Assembly (NCBI RefSeq): GCF_001194135.2
Contig: NC_068981.1
Coordinates: forward strand, 66,665,195-66,729,194
Direction: 5' to 3'
DNA: 64,000 nt
From: Octopus bimaculoides
Lineage: Eukaryota
Below, piece by piece: positions 11,563 to 25,300 of this stretch. The position numbers and the translations under genes were made by a program. The first letter of the stretch is position 1. Every line of letters starts with the position of its first letter. Under the pieces are notes generated by a model. The model saw only the letters and a program-made list of their open reading frames with translations. It ran no database searches and had not been told where the DNA came from.

Positions 11563-12131
11563 GAAGAATTTTAAGATACTAGATTTTTAAGGTTAGTTTA
11601 AGCTGTCTGATACTTTTTGGCTGTGCTTCTCAGTGAGACACAAAATCCATGACCTGACTTGCTTTGAGATTACTTGCTCTGGTAAATAAAATTCTACTTG
11701 AGTTGTGGCAGTGAAGATAATGGTGTGTCAAGATATAACTTGTCTAATTGGATCTGTTTGAAATGGATATATCAGCTTATGTTAATAAAATTTATAAAAG
11801 AAATTAGTATACTGAGAGCAAAAACCAGGTATTTTGGACTGAGACTTTCTTCAAATGTACTTTAATTTATGAATTTTAAGATCTTACTTTTCTTCATCTA
11901 CAAAACCAATTTTTTGATAAAGTGATCCTTAGTTTTGTTTTCCATGTTAAATTTAAGTTCTTTTTTTGTAAAAAAGTTACACTGTGTCTAGGTGTGTTGT
12001 AAGAGGTGACTAAAAGATATGACCACTGGAAGGGCATCTGGCTGTAAAATATTGCCTTAAAAACAGTAACTATAATGATATCGTGGGGTTTGCAAAAGGA
12101 ATCCCTGTTTCAGCAGACAAAATGGCCTTAA

Positions 12132-12352
12132 CCCTTTTGATACCAACCTGGCTGAAACAACCTCCAGCTCTGTAGTATAAATGTCTTGTTTTCATAAGTT
12201 TTGAATTAAAATCTTCCACCAAACCTTAGTCACAATTTATGTTCCTAATTAGCTTAATGATAATTAAGTTATTTTTACTAAATTCTTTGTTATATTTAAA
12301 ATTAATTGAAAGAAACACAGAGCATCTCAAAATAAAGGCGGTAACGAAAGGG
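12132..12352. mobile_element. TTAA-flanked piggyBac-like MITE (family 1)
   Basis: ttaa|cccttttgatacc..ggtaacgaaaggg|ttaa; reverse-oriented homolog at 39734-39966 and remnant near 52560-52755. Confidence 0.8.
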
Positions 12353-12696
12353 TTAAAATGTCTGTAAGAGAACTAAAGGGCACTGTTTGATGATGATTTA
12401 AGGAAGGTGAATGACAGAGAATTAAAGGTTGAGAGGAGCAGTGGGTGGAGGAATTTTAGAAATACAAAAAAAATATAGACTGGATGCTGGATGTTTATAT
12501 TCAAATCTTACTACTGTAAACAAGGATCTGACTTACCTTCCCCAAAGCATGGAAATTAAGTTTGGGAGATCAATTCTTAATTTTTTTAAATTGTCTCCCC
12601 TTCCTGTTTTGTGTGTGTGTATAAAAATTGTTGTTTATTATAGGCCACAGTCAAATGATTGAAACAAGTAAAAGATTATATATATATATATATACG

Positions 12697-12849
12697 GAGT
12701 GGTTGGCGTTAGGAAGGGCATCCAGCTGTAGAAACTCTGCCAAATCAGATTGGAGCCTGGTGTAGCCATCTGGTTCATCAGTCCTCAGTCAAATCGTCCA
12801 ACCCATGCTAGCATGGAAAGCGGTCGTTAAACGATGATGATGATGATGA

Positions 12850-12850
<1 letters not shown>
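12697..12850 (+). mobile_element. Young family D element, 5' truncated
   Basis: Near-identical to 5940-6090. Confidence 0.85.
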
Positions 12851-12881
<31 letters not shown>

Positions 12882-13344
12882 AAGATTGTTAATTATCACT
12901 AGGTTTTTGTGTTCTTTTTCCAGCTAAGAAGAAAATTTCAATTAAGAACAACATTCATTGCACAGGTCTTGTGAAGATGTTAATAGGCCCAGGCCAGATT
13001 GGAAATGCAGGCTGCATTTCAAGCAGCCTGCATTTCCAATACATACAACTTATGTGTGGGTTACTAGTTTATACATGTGTGTATAGTGTACCTACCTGAA
13101 AGTTACAGAACAGAATAAATGTGCAAGAATGATTTATGGAAACTAATTTTTTTTTTATCAAAGACCTTCTTTGCTTGTAATAGGGAGTGTAGACCCAACC
13201 AGATTCATAAGCTCAAACAAACTAACCCCCTCCTTTATGTTCAAGCCTGTTTGTACATCACCCCTGACAAAACAGATTCCTTTCCTACTTTATTGTTGAT
13301 TTTGTTGTTGTTTAGCCACTTGTCAGCTCTATACTAAATTTATG

Positions 13345-13555
13345 AGAAGGTGGCCGTTGCCAGTACCGCCTGACTAGCCTTCGTGCGGGTGACACGTAAA
13401 AGCACCCACCACACTCTCTGAGTGGTTGGCGTTAGGAAGGGCATCCAGCAGTAGAAACTCTGCCAAATCAGATTGGAGCCTGGTGTGCCATCCGGTTTCA
13501 CCAGTCCTCAGTCAAATCGTCCAACCCATGCTAGCATGGAAAGCGGACGTTAAAC

Positions 13556-13630
<75 letters not shown>
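13345..13630 (+). mobile_element. Young family D element with long pure (GAT)n tail
   Basis: gtggccgttgccagtaccgcc..catggaaagcggacgttaaac followed by roughly 25 GAT units. Confidence 0.9.
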
Positions 13631-13654
13631 AAGAGTGTGATGGAGAATTTAGAA

Positions 13655-13790
13655 CTGTGATTCTCAACCATTTTTTGCCTCTGGACCTCCTTTGATTCCT
13701 GTTTTACTCAGGTGGACTCCCATTTTAGAAAAAGAAAATCCTATTATATTTTTATAATTAAATATTATTAGGAATTGTAAAAAATGCTCA
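13655..13790. mobile_element. hAT (Charlie-like) MITE, one end only
   Basis: ctgtgattctcaaccatttt..tggacctcctttgatt..ggtggactccc matches the left part of 62581-62893. Confidence 0.5.
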
Positions 13791-14182
13791 CACATATATG
13801 CTCGCAAAGTTGAAATGCTGCTTGATTTTTTTGTTCACCGTAGAACTTCCATCATCCCACTACCTAGTTTGCCATCACCCCTTCCTTACTTATTCATCTA
13901 TTACCCCTTCCATTCTCATTCATATGTTGTGATGGAGAAATACACAATAGTATTATTATAGTAGATATTACTGTGACAAGAAGAGGAGACAAAAGGGATT
14001 GAATAATTTAGAAAATAAATAAATATAACAGAGGCAGTATTTAAGAAGATGAAAGGGAAGATATAGAAAGGGTGAGAGAGAAAGAGAGGTGATATGGCAG
14101 ATTAAAAGATTATTATTAAGTTTTAGTTTGGCCTTGATTGTGCAAATTAGTGATCAAAATCATTCCAACTGGGACCATCTTA

Positions 14183-14432
14183 AAAAAAAAGTAAAGGTCA
14201 CCTTCTCGAGTCATACTGACTCATAAGGGTCATTTTCCTGGCGTATATATTCCCCTCCTAGATGGGATGCTTGTCTATCGCAGGATTACTAATTTTTGCC
14301 AGCTAAGTGGACCAGAGCAACATAAGATGAAGTGTTTTGCTCCAGAACACAATGCATCACCTGGTCCAGGAATTGAAACCACAATCTTATGATCGTGAAT
14401 CCAACACCCTAACCACTAAGCCACATGCCTCC
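14183..14432 (-). mobile_element. SINE family C with another tail, 15-bp TSD
   Basis: Head (rc) caggaattgaaacc..taaccactaagcc; TSD actgggaccatctta at 14168-14182 and 14433-14447. Confidence 0.85.
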
Positions 14433-15268
14433 ACTGGGACCATCTTAGGCATAATGTTTCTAGTGGAGGACTTCCATTACCCAGTGAATCTTTTTTTTTT
14501 TTGTTTCTTTTTAAATGTTTCACAGGGTATGATTGAAGGAAAATCTTGCTGCTATTTCTAAGACAAATTGAGAGATTTGACCTCATAAATGCATTTTCAT
14601 TGTCTTGAAAATAAAGTTATTGAAAGAAGTGTGTTGAAAAGATAGATATGAACTGATAGCCACACATGGTTATTTTGCTCCAGTGCAGAGATGCTGTAGA
14701 AGGGTACAAATATTCACTGCTGGGAATTGTACAACAGTTAAGTGTTAGGTCTTTATCTTTCGTTGATAAGCTCAGTCATATAGTCCCATGGTTCCAAAAA
14801 AAGTTTGTAAAAGACTGGCACATCTAGGGGGAGAATTATCTCTCATTTGATTAATACTGTAACAAAGTATGATAGGCACCAGTACTCTGTGACACCTGAT
14901 CTTGGCAATGGTTAATGAAAAGGAAAAGAAAGAAAGAAAGAAAAACAAATATTCTTGTAAATTGCTTTTTTTTTCCATAAATTTTCTTTCCATTTTATGT
15001 AAATTTCCTAAGGGGAAGTCGAAATATTTATCTATTTATATTTGTTAAAAAGGAAAAAATGTCAAAATAATTTTCCTGAATAATGCTTGTTTTTTTAATT
15101 TTATTGAAATATTAATCCAAAGTAAATCAAACTGACAGATATTTTTGCCCTGACTGACTTCAACATTGCTTATTCTATAGCAGTGTCCTTTAAACTTCAT
15201 CATACATATTCCTACCAAAATTTTGAATCAGCAATTTTCAATTATTTTTCTGCTTCCCTCCTCTCTCC

Positions 15269-15316
<48 letters not shown>

Positions 15317-17289
15317 GCATACATATATATTATATTTTTAGAGAATTATTTTATTTAATATGAAGTAAATCCGATTTATTTCTAAACTGTACCTATTATT
15401 TTATTCACATAAAATACACACACATCATTATCGTCATCATCAATATTTTTACATCTTGTTTTCCATGGTAGTATCGGCTAGGCATGATTTATTGAGGCAG
15501 ATTTTCTATGTTAGGATGCTCTTCCTGTCTACAACCATTACTTGTTTTACTAGTTATGTTATTTTTTTTTTATTCTACTGGTCCTTGCATGTCAAAGCTG
15601 CTGAAACTGCTGAACCACATGAGTCTGCTGAAGAATGTAAACAATGTCAGTTTTTTGCTCGAATGGGGTTAATGGAAATATTTAGAATCAACATTGATAC
15701 ACGCATGCACATCAGGTTTCCACAGTTTCTGCTTGTCAGTTTCACTCACAGGGTATTGGTCAGCTGAGACTATTATAGAAGATACTTGCACAAGGTGGTT
15801 ACTTAACCCCAAACCATCTGGTTATGAAATGAATTTTAGAACCATACACACACACATGTGCACACACGCATGCACACACACCCACACATGTGTATATGTG
15901 TTTGTATGCTTGTGTGCATATCTGTTCACATTTGTGCTTGCTTCTCTGAAAATTGCAATCTCTGAGTAGTGGTGTTGCCAGTTCTCTCATCAACAAATCT
16001 ACATGCTTTGTGCTTTCAAAGCCACTCTGATTTCAAACTCCCCCTTGGGAGTTGATAAAACAAACAGCCCTATATATTAGAGTCAAACTGAAATTATGTC
16101 ACTGTTTCAGAACTCTTTGAGATTATTTGTGTGTGGGTTTAATATTCCGGTCTACTGAGTACATGGTTTTGAATGAAATTTTACTGCTCCATCTATTGTA
16201 TTGCACTCTTGAGAAAGGTACTTAACTCTTCTTGTAGTTTACTTGATGGACACCTTAAAACAGTGGCTTGAGGCACATCTGTAAAATTCCACTCTCTACA
16301 TCATGATTGAGTAATTAGCAATGGAAAGGGCATCCAACTGCATAAAGAACTGCTTCATCAAATATCCTGCCTCTCATGTGAGCGTACACAACTGTTGTAA
16401 AATGGCTGCAGGAAAACAAAATTCAGTATAGTAATTATGACTAACAACATAAAACCTGTGACAAAACAGCTCAGGAAAGCATTCTGTATGCTAAATACAC
16501 ATGTTGTAGATTTCACATGTAATATTGAAAGACTTAAGCTGAATGAAAAATTTATCTTAACTATAGACAATGCATTTAGGAGTGGATCTTGTCTTTAAAG
16601 CTGACTGGTGACTAATTAGATTGAAACATGACAGTTACTCTCACAGCTGGCTTTAGAGACAAGATGCATTCTGAACTTCTGCACTATCTGTATGTGGGTC
16701 ACCTGATATTATTAGAATTACCTCCCTTGTTTGTTGATTTTTAGATTTTAACCCACTCCTGACAGAATGAGTTTTGGTCTACTAATTACAAGGATTATCT
16801 TAGTTAATCAAAGTTTTACAAATCAATATATTACGTATGTGAATTATTCTATAGCATGCTTACAAATTAAGAAGGTGGTGCTCCCAGCATGGCTAAAACA
16901 AACTAAACAACTGTTTTACAACGCAATAGAATGCAGATTTATTTTGATGGTGTACATGGTTAGTTTTTCTACGAGATGGCTATAGAATATTTGAGCAGGT
17001 AAATTGCAATACTGGTCCTTATTTTATTGTTGCAGAAGAATGAAAGACCAAATTGATGCCAGGCAGCATTTGAAATTAAAATTTAGAAGGTCAAAGTTAA
17101 ACACCGTAAGCCATTTAATTTGGTATTTTACTGCTTGTTAGATATTGATTTCTGGTTACATAATGGTTGGAAAAGGGTTATATGTGATTCAGTTGTTTCT
17201 CCTTCTTTCTCAACATGTAACTATGACTGTATTTACTTGAGTATTATACAGTCTCAAATAATTTAACTTTATTTTCTATTTTCTGAGTC

Positions 17290-17560
17290 TGTAAGAAGGG
17301 GCATGCCCAAGACATTTGCAAGCCCACCAAGTCTGGTGAGGTTGATGATCTCTTGAGATGTGAGCAACGAGAAGATTCCAGTGGAGCAATGTGCTGGGAT
17401 GGAGTTTGGTAAAGTAGTTAGTTCAAGGCTAGGGAGTGGAGTTGAGGAAATGTAACAAGAGTAATGAAAAGTGTAGGGACAAATAAGTTGGAGATGCCTG
17501 AGTGGAGAAGGCACAAGACCAGGTTGCTCCAAAGAACAGAAGCCACTATAGACCCACCTC
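17290..17560 (+). pseudogene. Degenerate RTE-clade reverse transcriptase fragment
   Basis: Translates ..TRVMKSVGTNKLEMPEWRRHK.., resembling the RTE RT segment TRVRSSVGxTEEFxVKVGLHQGS; stops and frameshifts. Confidence 0.45.
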
Positions 17561-18479
17561 CCCATACATTTTGTAACTAAAAATCAATAATATATTTTAT
17601 CTTTGGTGCCAAATAAAAAATCACCCAGTACACTATGTAGAGTGATTGGTGTTATGGAATGCATCCATCTGTAGAAACCATGCCAAAGCAAACAATCATG
17701 CTTGGCACAGTCTTCTGACTTGTCAGCTTCTGTCAAACTGTCCAACCCATGCCAGCATGAAAAACAGATGTTAAATAAAGCAGATGATTTTGATGATGAT
17801 GATGAGTTATAATGCTACTCAACAATTGTGATGCTGATGTTTTATGTTAAATGTCTTGCATTATGCAAATATAAATATGGTCTTCTATTGGCCATTGAGG
17901 GATTTAAATTCAGAACATAAAGTAATGTAAATTGAATAAGAACCAAGCACTTCATCCAACTCTTCATTGTTTCCTCTCCTGCATTGCCCTTAATATCAAA
18001 GTTAACAGAAATATTTGATTCCTTGACATCAAGATGTTAATTAGTAATAAAGCCACAAATTTGTGAGGTCAGTGCTTTGACTCCAGTTCATGACAGGTAT
18101 TTATTTTGTGTGACCCTGATAACACGATATTTGAATTCATAATAGAGAGAGAGAGAGAGAGGGAGGGAGAGAGAGAGAGTGGGTGACATAGATAGATAGA
18201 TAGATAGATAAATTGATAGATAGATAGAGAGAGAAAGAATTGAATACTGAAAATCATTTAGTCTGGTTCTTGACTGGTTCTGTCACTCAACTTTTTCAGT
18301 GACATAAAAATATGAACATTTAGTTTTTAATGTCTTCAGTATCAATCTGTGTGTGTGTGTGTATTTATATGTGTGTGTCTATATTTACATAATCATATAT
18401 ATCTATATGTACATACACACATTTATATATGCATTCACATATTTACACACATACACACTCGCATCCAAACACATTTATC

Positions 18480-18794
18480 ATCATTTTCATGTCCACTTTT
18501 CCATGCTTGCGTAGGTGAAAAGAGAGTACGTTCGGGCAGTTTTTCTATAGCCAGATGCCCTTCCTGTTGCCAACCGCCAGTCTATCAATCTAGTGAATAA
18601 CAAACAGTCTAGACATGTTTACATGGAGAACCAGAAAAAAAAAAAAATGACACTTAATCAACTTACCTTTTGTTTACAAAGATTGTGCAACATGTCACAA
18701 CGTATCAAGAAACCTGAATGTACTTTTGTGGTGGACTGCAAAGAAATGAGTGTTAGTGATGCCATTGTTTACAATCAACTTATGAACACATGTG
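18480..18794 (-). mobile_element. Family D2 variant element
   Basis: tttccatgcttgcgtaggt..ggcagtttttctatagccagatgcccttcctgttgccaacc; related copies at ~4290-4430, 15430-15545, 39285-39485 (+) and 58245-58490. Confidence 0.65.
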
Positions 18795-19244
18795 NNNNNN
18801 NNNNNNNNNNNNNNNNNNNNNNNNNNNNNNNNNNNNNNNNNNNNNNNNNNNNNNNNNNNNNNNNNNNNNNNNNNNNNNNNNNNNNNNNNNNNNNNNNNNN
18901 NNNNNNNNNNNNNNNNNNNNNNNNNNNNNNNNNNNNNNNNNNNNNNNNNNNNNNNNNNNNNNNNNNNNNNNNNNNNNNNNNNNNNNNNNNNNNNNNNNNN
19001 NNNNNNNNNATCATCTTTTATCTTTTATTCTTTTCTATCACCTGTTTCAGTCATTAGACTGTGGCCATGCTGGGACACCCCCTTGAAGAATTTTTAGTTG
19101 AATAAGGTCATCCAGACATAAAGAACCCTGTCAAAACAGATAGTGAAGCCTGGTGCAGTCTTCTGTCTAACCAGCCCCCGTCAAATCATCCAACCCATGC
19201 CAACCTGGAAAATGGATGTTTTATGATGATAATGATGATGGTAC

Positions 19245-19306
19245 TTATTCTGTTGGTCTCTTTTTCTGAACTGCTAATACTGGTTGCTAAGTGGTGGTAG
19301 GGGACA

Positions 19307-19356
<50 letters not shown>

Positions 19357-19515
19357 CGATGGGTTTCTTTCAGTTTCCATCTGTCAAATCCACTTTCAAG
19401 GCTTTGGTCAGCCCATGGCATTAGTAGAAGACACTTGCCCAAAGTGCCCTGCAGTGGGACTGAACTTGCAATTATGTGGTTGGGAAGCATGCTTCTTACC
19501 ACACAGCCACACTTG
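19245..19515 (-). mobile_element. SINE family B, partial
   Basis: gggtttctttcagtttcc..caaggctttggtcagc..gaagacacttgccc..cttaccacacagcc. Confidence 0.8.
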
Positions 19516-19701
19516 TGCTTCACATTAGTGAAATGTCTGGCTGCTCGGTGGTCTGATATGTGATGCTGTGAAATAAAGGGCCTTACTTAAAAGCAAAGAA
19601 GGAATGGCATCAAGAAGGGCATCTGGCCAGAGAATACTTCTTCAAAAATCTTGTCTAACCCATGCTGGCATGGCAAAAACAATGATGACAATAAATATAT
19701 A

Positions 19702-19918
19702 TGAGAGGGTGCTGATAAGTTCCTGGCTTTAAGGATATTGTGGAAGGCTTGGCTGGAGGCTCAATCTTCCAAGCTCTTTTACAGGGCTTAGGAAAACTGA
19801 AGGACCGCTGCAATAAGTGTGTGAATCTGAGAAGGGAACATGTTGAGTAAAATCATAATTAACTGATTCTCCTGTATTTTCTTTTATGCACAACCAGGAC
19901 ATTTTTAGTGCCCCCTAG
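19702..19918 (+). mobile_element. Internally deleted mariner element (MITE)
   Basis: ta|tgagagggtgctgataagttcctggct..aaccaggacatttttagtgccccctag|ta TIRs; internal KLKDRCNKCVNLRREHVE* matches the mariner transposase C-terminal KLxxRWxKCxxxxGxYVE motif. Confidence 0.8.
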
Positions 19919-20270
19919 TAAATATGAGTAGCCATGTAGCTCCTCTATAGCAAAAAATGTGTTCGGTTGTGAACCACTCTACTTTCATGCTTTACACTCT
20001 CATCTCAGCATAAAGCGACCTCCCTCTACTGTAGCTTCACATGTATTTGAAAGAGATCTTTAGTCTGGTGAGCTGCATGGTAACCTTACAAGTGCTGGTG
20101 CCATGAAAAAAAGTATCGAGTACATTCTGTAAAGTGACTGATATTAGGGTGGGTATTCAGCCAGAGAAACCACAGCAAAAAAGACATTGGGACATAATAC
20201 AGTCCTCATATCCATTGGATCCTGTCAAACCATACAACTCATGTGAGCATGGAAGATGAATGCTAACAGA

Positions 20271-20302
<32 letters not shown>

Positions 20303-20699
20303 GTGATGATGATAATGATGATGATGATATCAGTACTTTAGTTAACATCCTCACATGCATACACACAGCTACTTATACATGTGGATGGCCACGCATGCAC
20401 ACATACGCACGTGCGAGTGCTTGCACATACACACTCACACACACAAAATAAGAAACTGATGATAAAAAAAAAAACTGTTTTTGTTTTGTTTTTAATCCTT
20501 CTCTGAACAACAAATACAGTTAAGGGGATGAATGAATTGATGTGTTTTATGATTTTTCCCTAGATAAGTAAACAAATAAAAGATTTTCTTTTTCCTTTTT
20601 TATATTTTCTTTTTCGTTTTTGCCACTGAAAATGCAGGCCCTGCTTTTCTCTTACCAATAATTTCTGCTTAAGCTGTATTCGAAGTGGTTGGTTACTAA

Positions 20700-21480
20700 T
20701 GGCAGTTGAGTGGTTCATTGGTTACTTGGTGTGGTTAGTTAGTTCGTTATTTCTTAATGGTGTTTCGCTGGCTGGCTGGTTGGCTTGCTGGCTGGCCGGC
20801 TTGCTGGTCGACTAGCTGGCTGGCTGGCTGGTTGTGGTGTTGGTTGGTTGGTCAGTTGGCTGGTTGTTTTATCGCCTGTCTCTTGTAGTACTGTAATTGG
20901 TGCCTCTGCTATTGATTTTTTGTTTTGGTTCTTCTGCTTTCTTCTAACTAGCCTCTTAGGTTCTGCTGGGAAAAATTCTGTCTCGCTCTTGCACTTGTGT
21001 ATATACTTCACTGGCATTGTGTCCGAAGTTATTGTTGTTGCTGGTGTTGGTTCCTTTGTTGTTGTTCTTGTAGTGGTGGTGGTGAGGACAATATCTTCTT
21101 TGGCACTATGTCTATTGTTGATTTCTATATTTTGACTGCTGCTTTTTGGTAAATGGTATTTAGTAGTAAGGGTTCTTTACTGCTGCGGTTGCTGTTGTTG
21201 TATTTTCTTCACTGGTACTGTTCCAGTTGTTGTTGCATATCCTTATTTGGTAATGTGTAATTTTTTTCATGAATTATTGTTGTAGCCATAGTAGCAGTGG
21301 TAGTGTTTGATTCCCTGTTACTACTGTTGTTGCTATGATTCTTTCTTCGCTATTGCAGCTGCTATAACTGTTGTTGTTACTGTAGTAAATTCTTCCTTTG
21401 TACTATTGTTACTCTGTATGCCTCCCTGGTACTATTCATTGTTACTATTGTGTACTCTTCTCTAATACTGTTGCTATTGT
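20700..21480. repeat. Degenerate (GGCT/GGTT)n and (GTT/CTG)n low-complexity tract
   Basis: Direct inspection. Confidence 0.75.
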
Positions 21481-22189
21481 CAATGTACTTGCTATTGATT
21501 GAACAGACCAATGGTCAAAGCAATTCCAGCTATAACCACCCCATCTTACTCATAAATTCTTCAGAAAACATTATCCTACATGTCCTTTATTTTAAGACAG
21601 TACAATGCGGTTTCTTAGAGATTTTACTGCTATTTCTAGCAGTTTGAATGACAACCTAGATGCTTCTTTGTCACCTTGTGTTGTTGTTATTGTAATTGTT
21701 GAAGCCCAAGTCAACCCTGATTGAATAGATTGATGATAAGCAATTATCTTCTCATCTTTTGCGGGTATCTAGTACTACATAATACAATGTGCCCCTTGGG
21801 GAGCTTTGGTTGCTATTTTTAACAGATCAGGATTCCACTTAGAGACTCTGTTGTTGGGTTATGTTGTTGTTGTCATTGCTGTCAGTGGTTGTTTGTTGTT
21901 GTTTATTTCTTGTAAGTTTTTATTTATAATATTCATCAAGGGCTGGCACACAACTTCATTCCCTATCAAAATCAGCTGCTGTGGTTTTCAGCTAGATTGG
22001 TGTACTATTCCCTGCAGACGATTGGTCCAGAGCCCAAACAAATGAAGAAAACCAGAAAGGAGATAGGCACTGCAGCTGAAACTAGCTCAAAATGGTTCTA
22101 GTTGACAAGGAACTGCAAATTGAACCCTTCTGCAGGTGAAAACTAATTCAATTTTTGCTCCCCCACTTAGGAAAAGTGTGCTGGTTATG

Positions 22190-22398
22190 GTGTGAAACAC
22201 ATGTGACCTTGGGATGCTTGCTGATGACACAGCTTGGCACCAGTGACATTGCAACTCATTTCTACATCTTAGTGAACTGGAGCAACGTGAAATAAGGTGT
22301 CTTGTTCAAGAACACAGCACACAACCCAGTCCAGGAATTGAACTCACTGCTTCATGATTGTGAGCCCGACACTCTAACCACTGAACCATGTACCTTCA
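22190..22398 (-). mobile_element. SINE family C
   Basis: gtgaactggagcaacgtgaaataaggtgtcttgttcaagaacac..caggaattgaactcac..ctaaccactgaacc. Confidence 0.75.
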
Positions 22399-25300
22399 AC
22401 AAATGTTTAGTATTGAATCACCATCATCTATCTCTTAGCAAATTTTATATATCATAGCTTGCTATATAGTTTGCTACCATAAGCTGAGGCACCACTGCGG
22501 TTGATTGGGTTGCAGTATAAATTTAATTCCTTTCACAAGTGAAAAGTTTTATCAGTTACAAAAGTCCATCTCCTTATACAGTGTAAGATGTATCTGTCAT
22601 CTACTTAACTCAAGAGTTAAGTGCCTGCCTTATTGATCTTTGTGGTCAAGAAAGAATTAGCTTTTCAGATCCAATAAGTTGGCAGCAGAGTATAGTATTG
22701 TGGTAGAAGATCTTATGTTTTATGTCTTTACTTAAGAGAATTAGTAATGTAAATGGAATGTATGTAGTGACTATCAGGATTTGAAACTAAACTGAAGATT
22801 TAGTTTGCTGACTGCTTATTTCTTTCTTAACAGTGTCAGTCATGCTTGTCTGTAGAGAAGAGATTGCTGAGTGGATGAAGTTTAGGACTACTTACTCATG
22901 GATAATGTGTTCAAACATGATGTTGTCATTTCCTTGTGTTTCTGGATATAACAGCTTTTTTTCTTTTACATAGCTCCTGTTCACTTGGTTTTCATAGAAT
23001 TTCTACCTTCAGAGATCATTTGGGGATGTTCAGTATCATTCCAGAGGCAATTAGTCATTTTGGCCTGGTTTGTTGTTGGATCTGGGCTCTTGTTTTTTTA
23101 ACTACAGACAGTTTGTGATGGTTGAACAGTTGAACAGTTGATCCTTGTTCAAGTCATCAGACACTGGATATCTAGCACTGGGAGCATAGATATGATACTT
23201 AACAATTAGCTGAAGGTTTGCCAGTTCATATATTATCACTGACACTGCATCAGTTCTTGACCAAATCATTAGCTCTCAATTTACTAACTCCACCTAAGGT
23301 GATGAGTTGGCAGAATTGTTAGCATGCCAGGCAAAATGCTTAGCGGCATTTTATCCATCTTTACCTTAGGCTACTTTGTGTGGTTTTTCATGTTTTCTGT
23401 ATATTCCTTCATTGTCTGTTCATACAACATTTGACTATGTGTGTGTGTGTGCGTAAATATCAGCATGTACTTCTCCCAAAATTCACTGAGTTACAGATGG
23501 GGACATTGTTGATATTTTCCTGTAAATAAATTGTCTGCTAGCTTTACACTTTTGAACATGAGTGGAATGAAAACTCCTGTACTTGAAAACAGCTAAGGAC
23601 TTCTAGGTGTAAAAATGTAATCATCTAACTCATGCAAGCAAGGAAAAATGAATGAAAAACAAATGAACAAATATATGTGCATATGTATGCATGTTTGTGT
23701 GTATGCACATATATATATATATATATATANNNNNNNNNNNNNNNNNNNNNNNNNNNNNNNNNNNNNNNNNNNNNNNNNNNNNNNNNNNGTCTGGGTGTGT
23801 AAGTATATGCATCTCTTCTCAAAAAGTAGAACACCACCTACATTCTTTAATGCTATAAAAAAATGCAAAATATCAACAAAAATGTAGGTTTTTTGTTAAT
23901 ATTTAATTACTGTGGTCATGCGAATTTATTTTTGTATTTTGAAAAAATGTTTTGTTTCAATTTTTTTGTTTATTTCTATTTTGGTTACTTTACCCCAATT
24001 TTCTTTCCTGGTTTAGTTTTTATGTACAATCTTCTTTTTTCATTAAGTTTTCTTTTTCTTATTGTTTAATGTAATTAGATTGTACTATGTCTCTATCTAA
24101 TTTAGATGACTCAATAGCACCTGCTAAAATGAACAACTATTTGTCAAACTTCAAGAAAGGAAAGTGTTTGTTTTTTGTTTCTAAGCTTTATGCTGAAGGT
24201 CATAATTTTAAAACCATTAAAAAAAGTAACAGAAAGAAAATATACTAGATATTCTTTTACATGCACAGAATAGAACAGACTATCAAAATGAAGAATGAGA
24301 GCCAACAGCTAGAAACATTTGGTTCTATTAGAAAAAATATCTCAGATTTCTGAGTTTAAAAGATGTGAGAAGGCTTAGAAAATTAGTGTTAAGTGACTGG
24401 AGGAAAACTATCACATCCTTTTATTATCGATAAATTTCACTTCTAGGAACATAATATTTATATAATGCATCCAGTCACCATTAAAAGGTTTCTATTTGTA
24501 GAAGGACTTGAACTTAAAAGCCTAAGTTGCCAAGGGTGGTGGAGGAACAGTGAAAAACATTGCTGCCAGGAAAGCATTCTATGAACTGGACAGAGAAAAG
24601 GAATATAAATTTTCTCCTAAATGTTTCTCCTTTTTGGATGAACGAAGATTTTTCCTTCATAGATAATTGATGTTGCTACTTAAACAGATAAACAAAAAAA
24701 AAAAGGAAAAAAAAGGGAACTCAGGTAAGACTTCCTATAATGGACAAAATATTTGTAGATGATGGTACCATGATAGTTGTTTCAAACTTTCCAAAAGTAT
24801 CTTCTGTTTATTCAACAAATCAATGAACCAAGTCCTTGTTTACTATTCATTCAGGGAGTGAAGGGTAGTACTGTGATCTTTTATTGTTTTGGGGTCCTCC
24901 AGGACTGGTAGAAGACAAGAGCAAATTACTCTCAAACAAGAGACCAAGTTCATATATTTGTAATTAAATGAAGTCTGCTAAAGGCACTCAAGAACCGTGT
25001 AAAGGTGTTAGACCAAGTGGTAGATTATGTTTACCATCCCAAAACTCTGCTATAAACAACTGGAACAAATACTGCAAGGCATCCTGTCTGGCATTTTTGT
25101 AATTCTTTCAGTCCATTCTTCTGAAGTAGTTCTTCATCTTATCAACCCTGAAAAGATAAAAGGCACAGATGAATTTAGCAGGATTTGAACTCAGCATGCA
25201 GAGATTCAGAACAAATACCACAAGGTATTTGCCAATTTACCATCTAGATTGAGAATATACTACCATGATAATACTCCTGCTCTTTCAGCATTGGTACTGT

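Noticed and set aside
22440-23280. Possible LINE APE endonuclease remnant (HIYAPS on minus strand)
   Set aside because: Single short motif amid many stops; insufficient to call.
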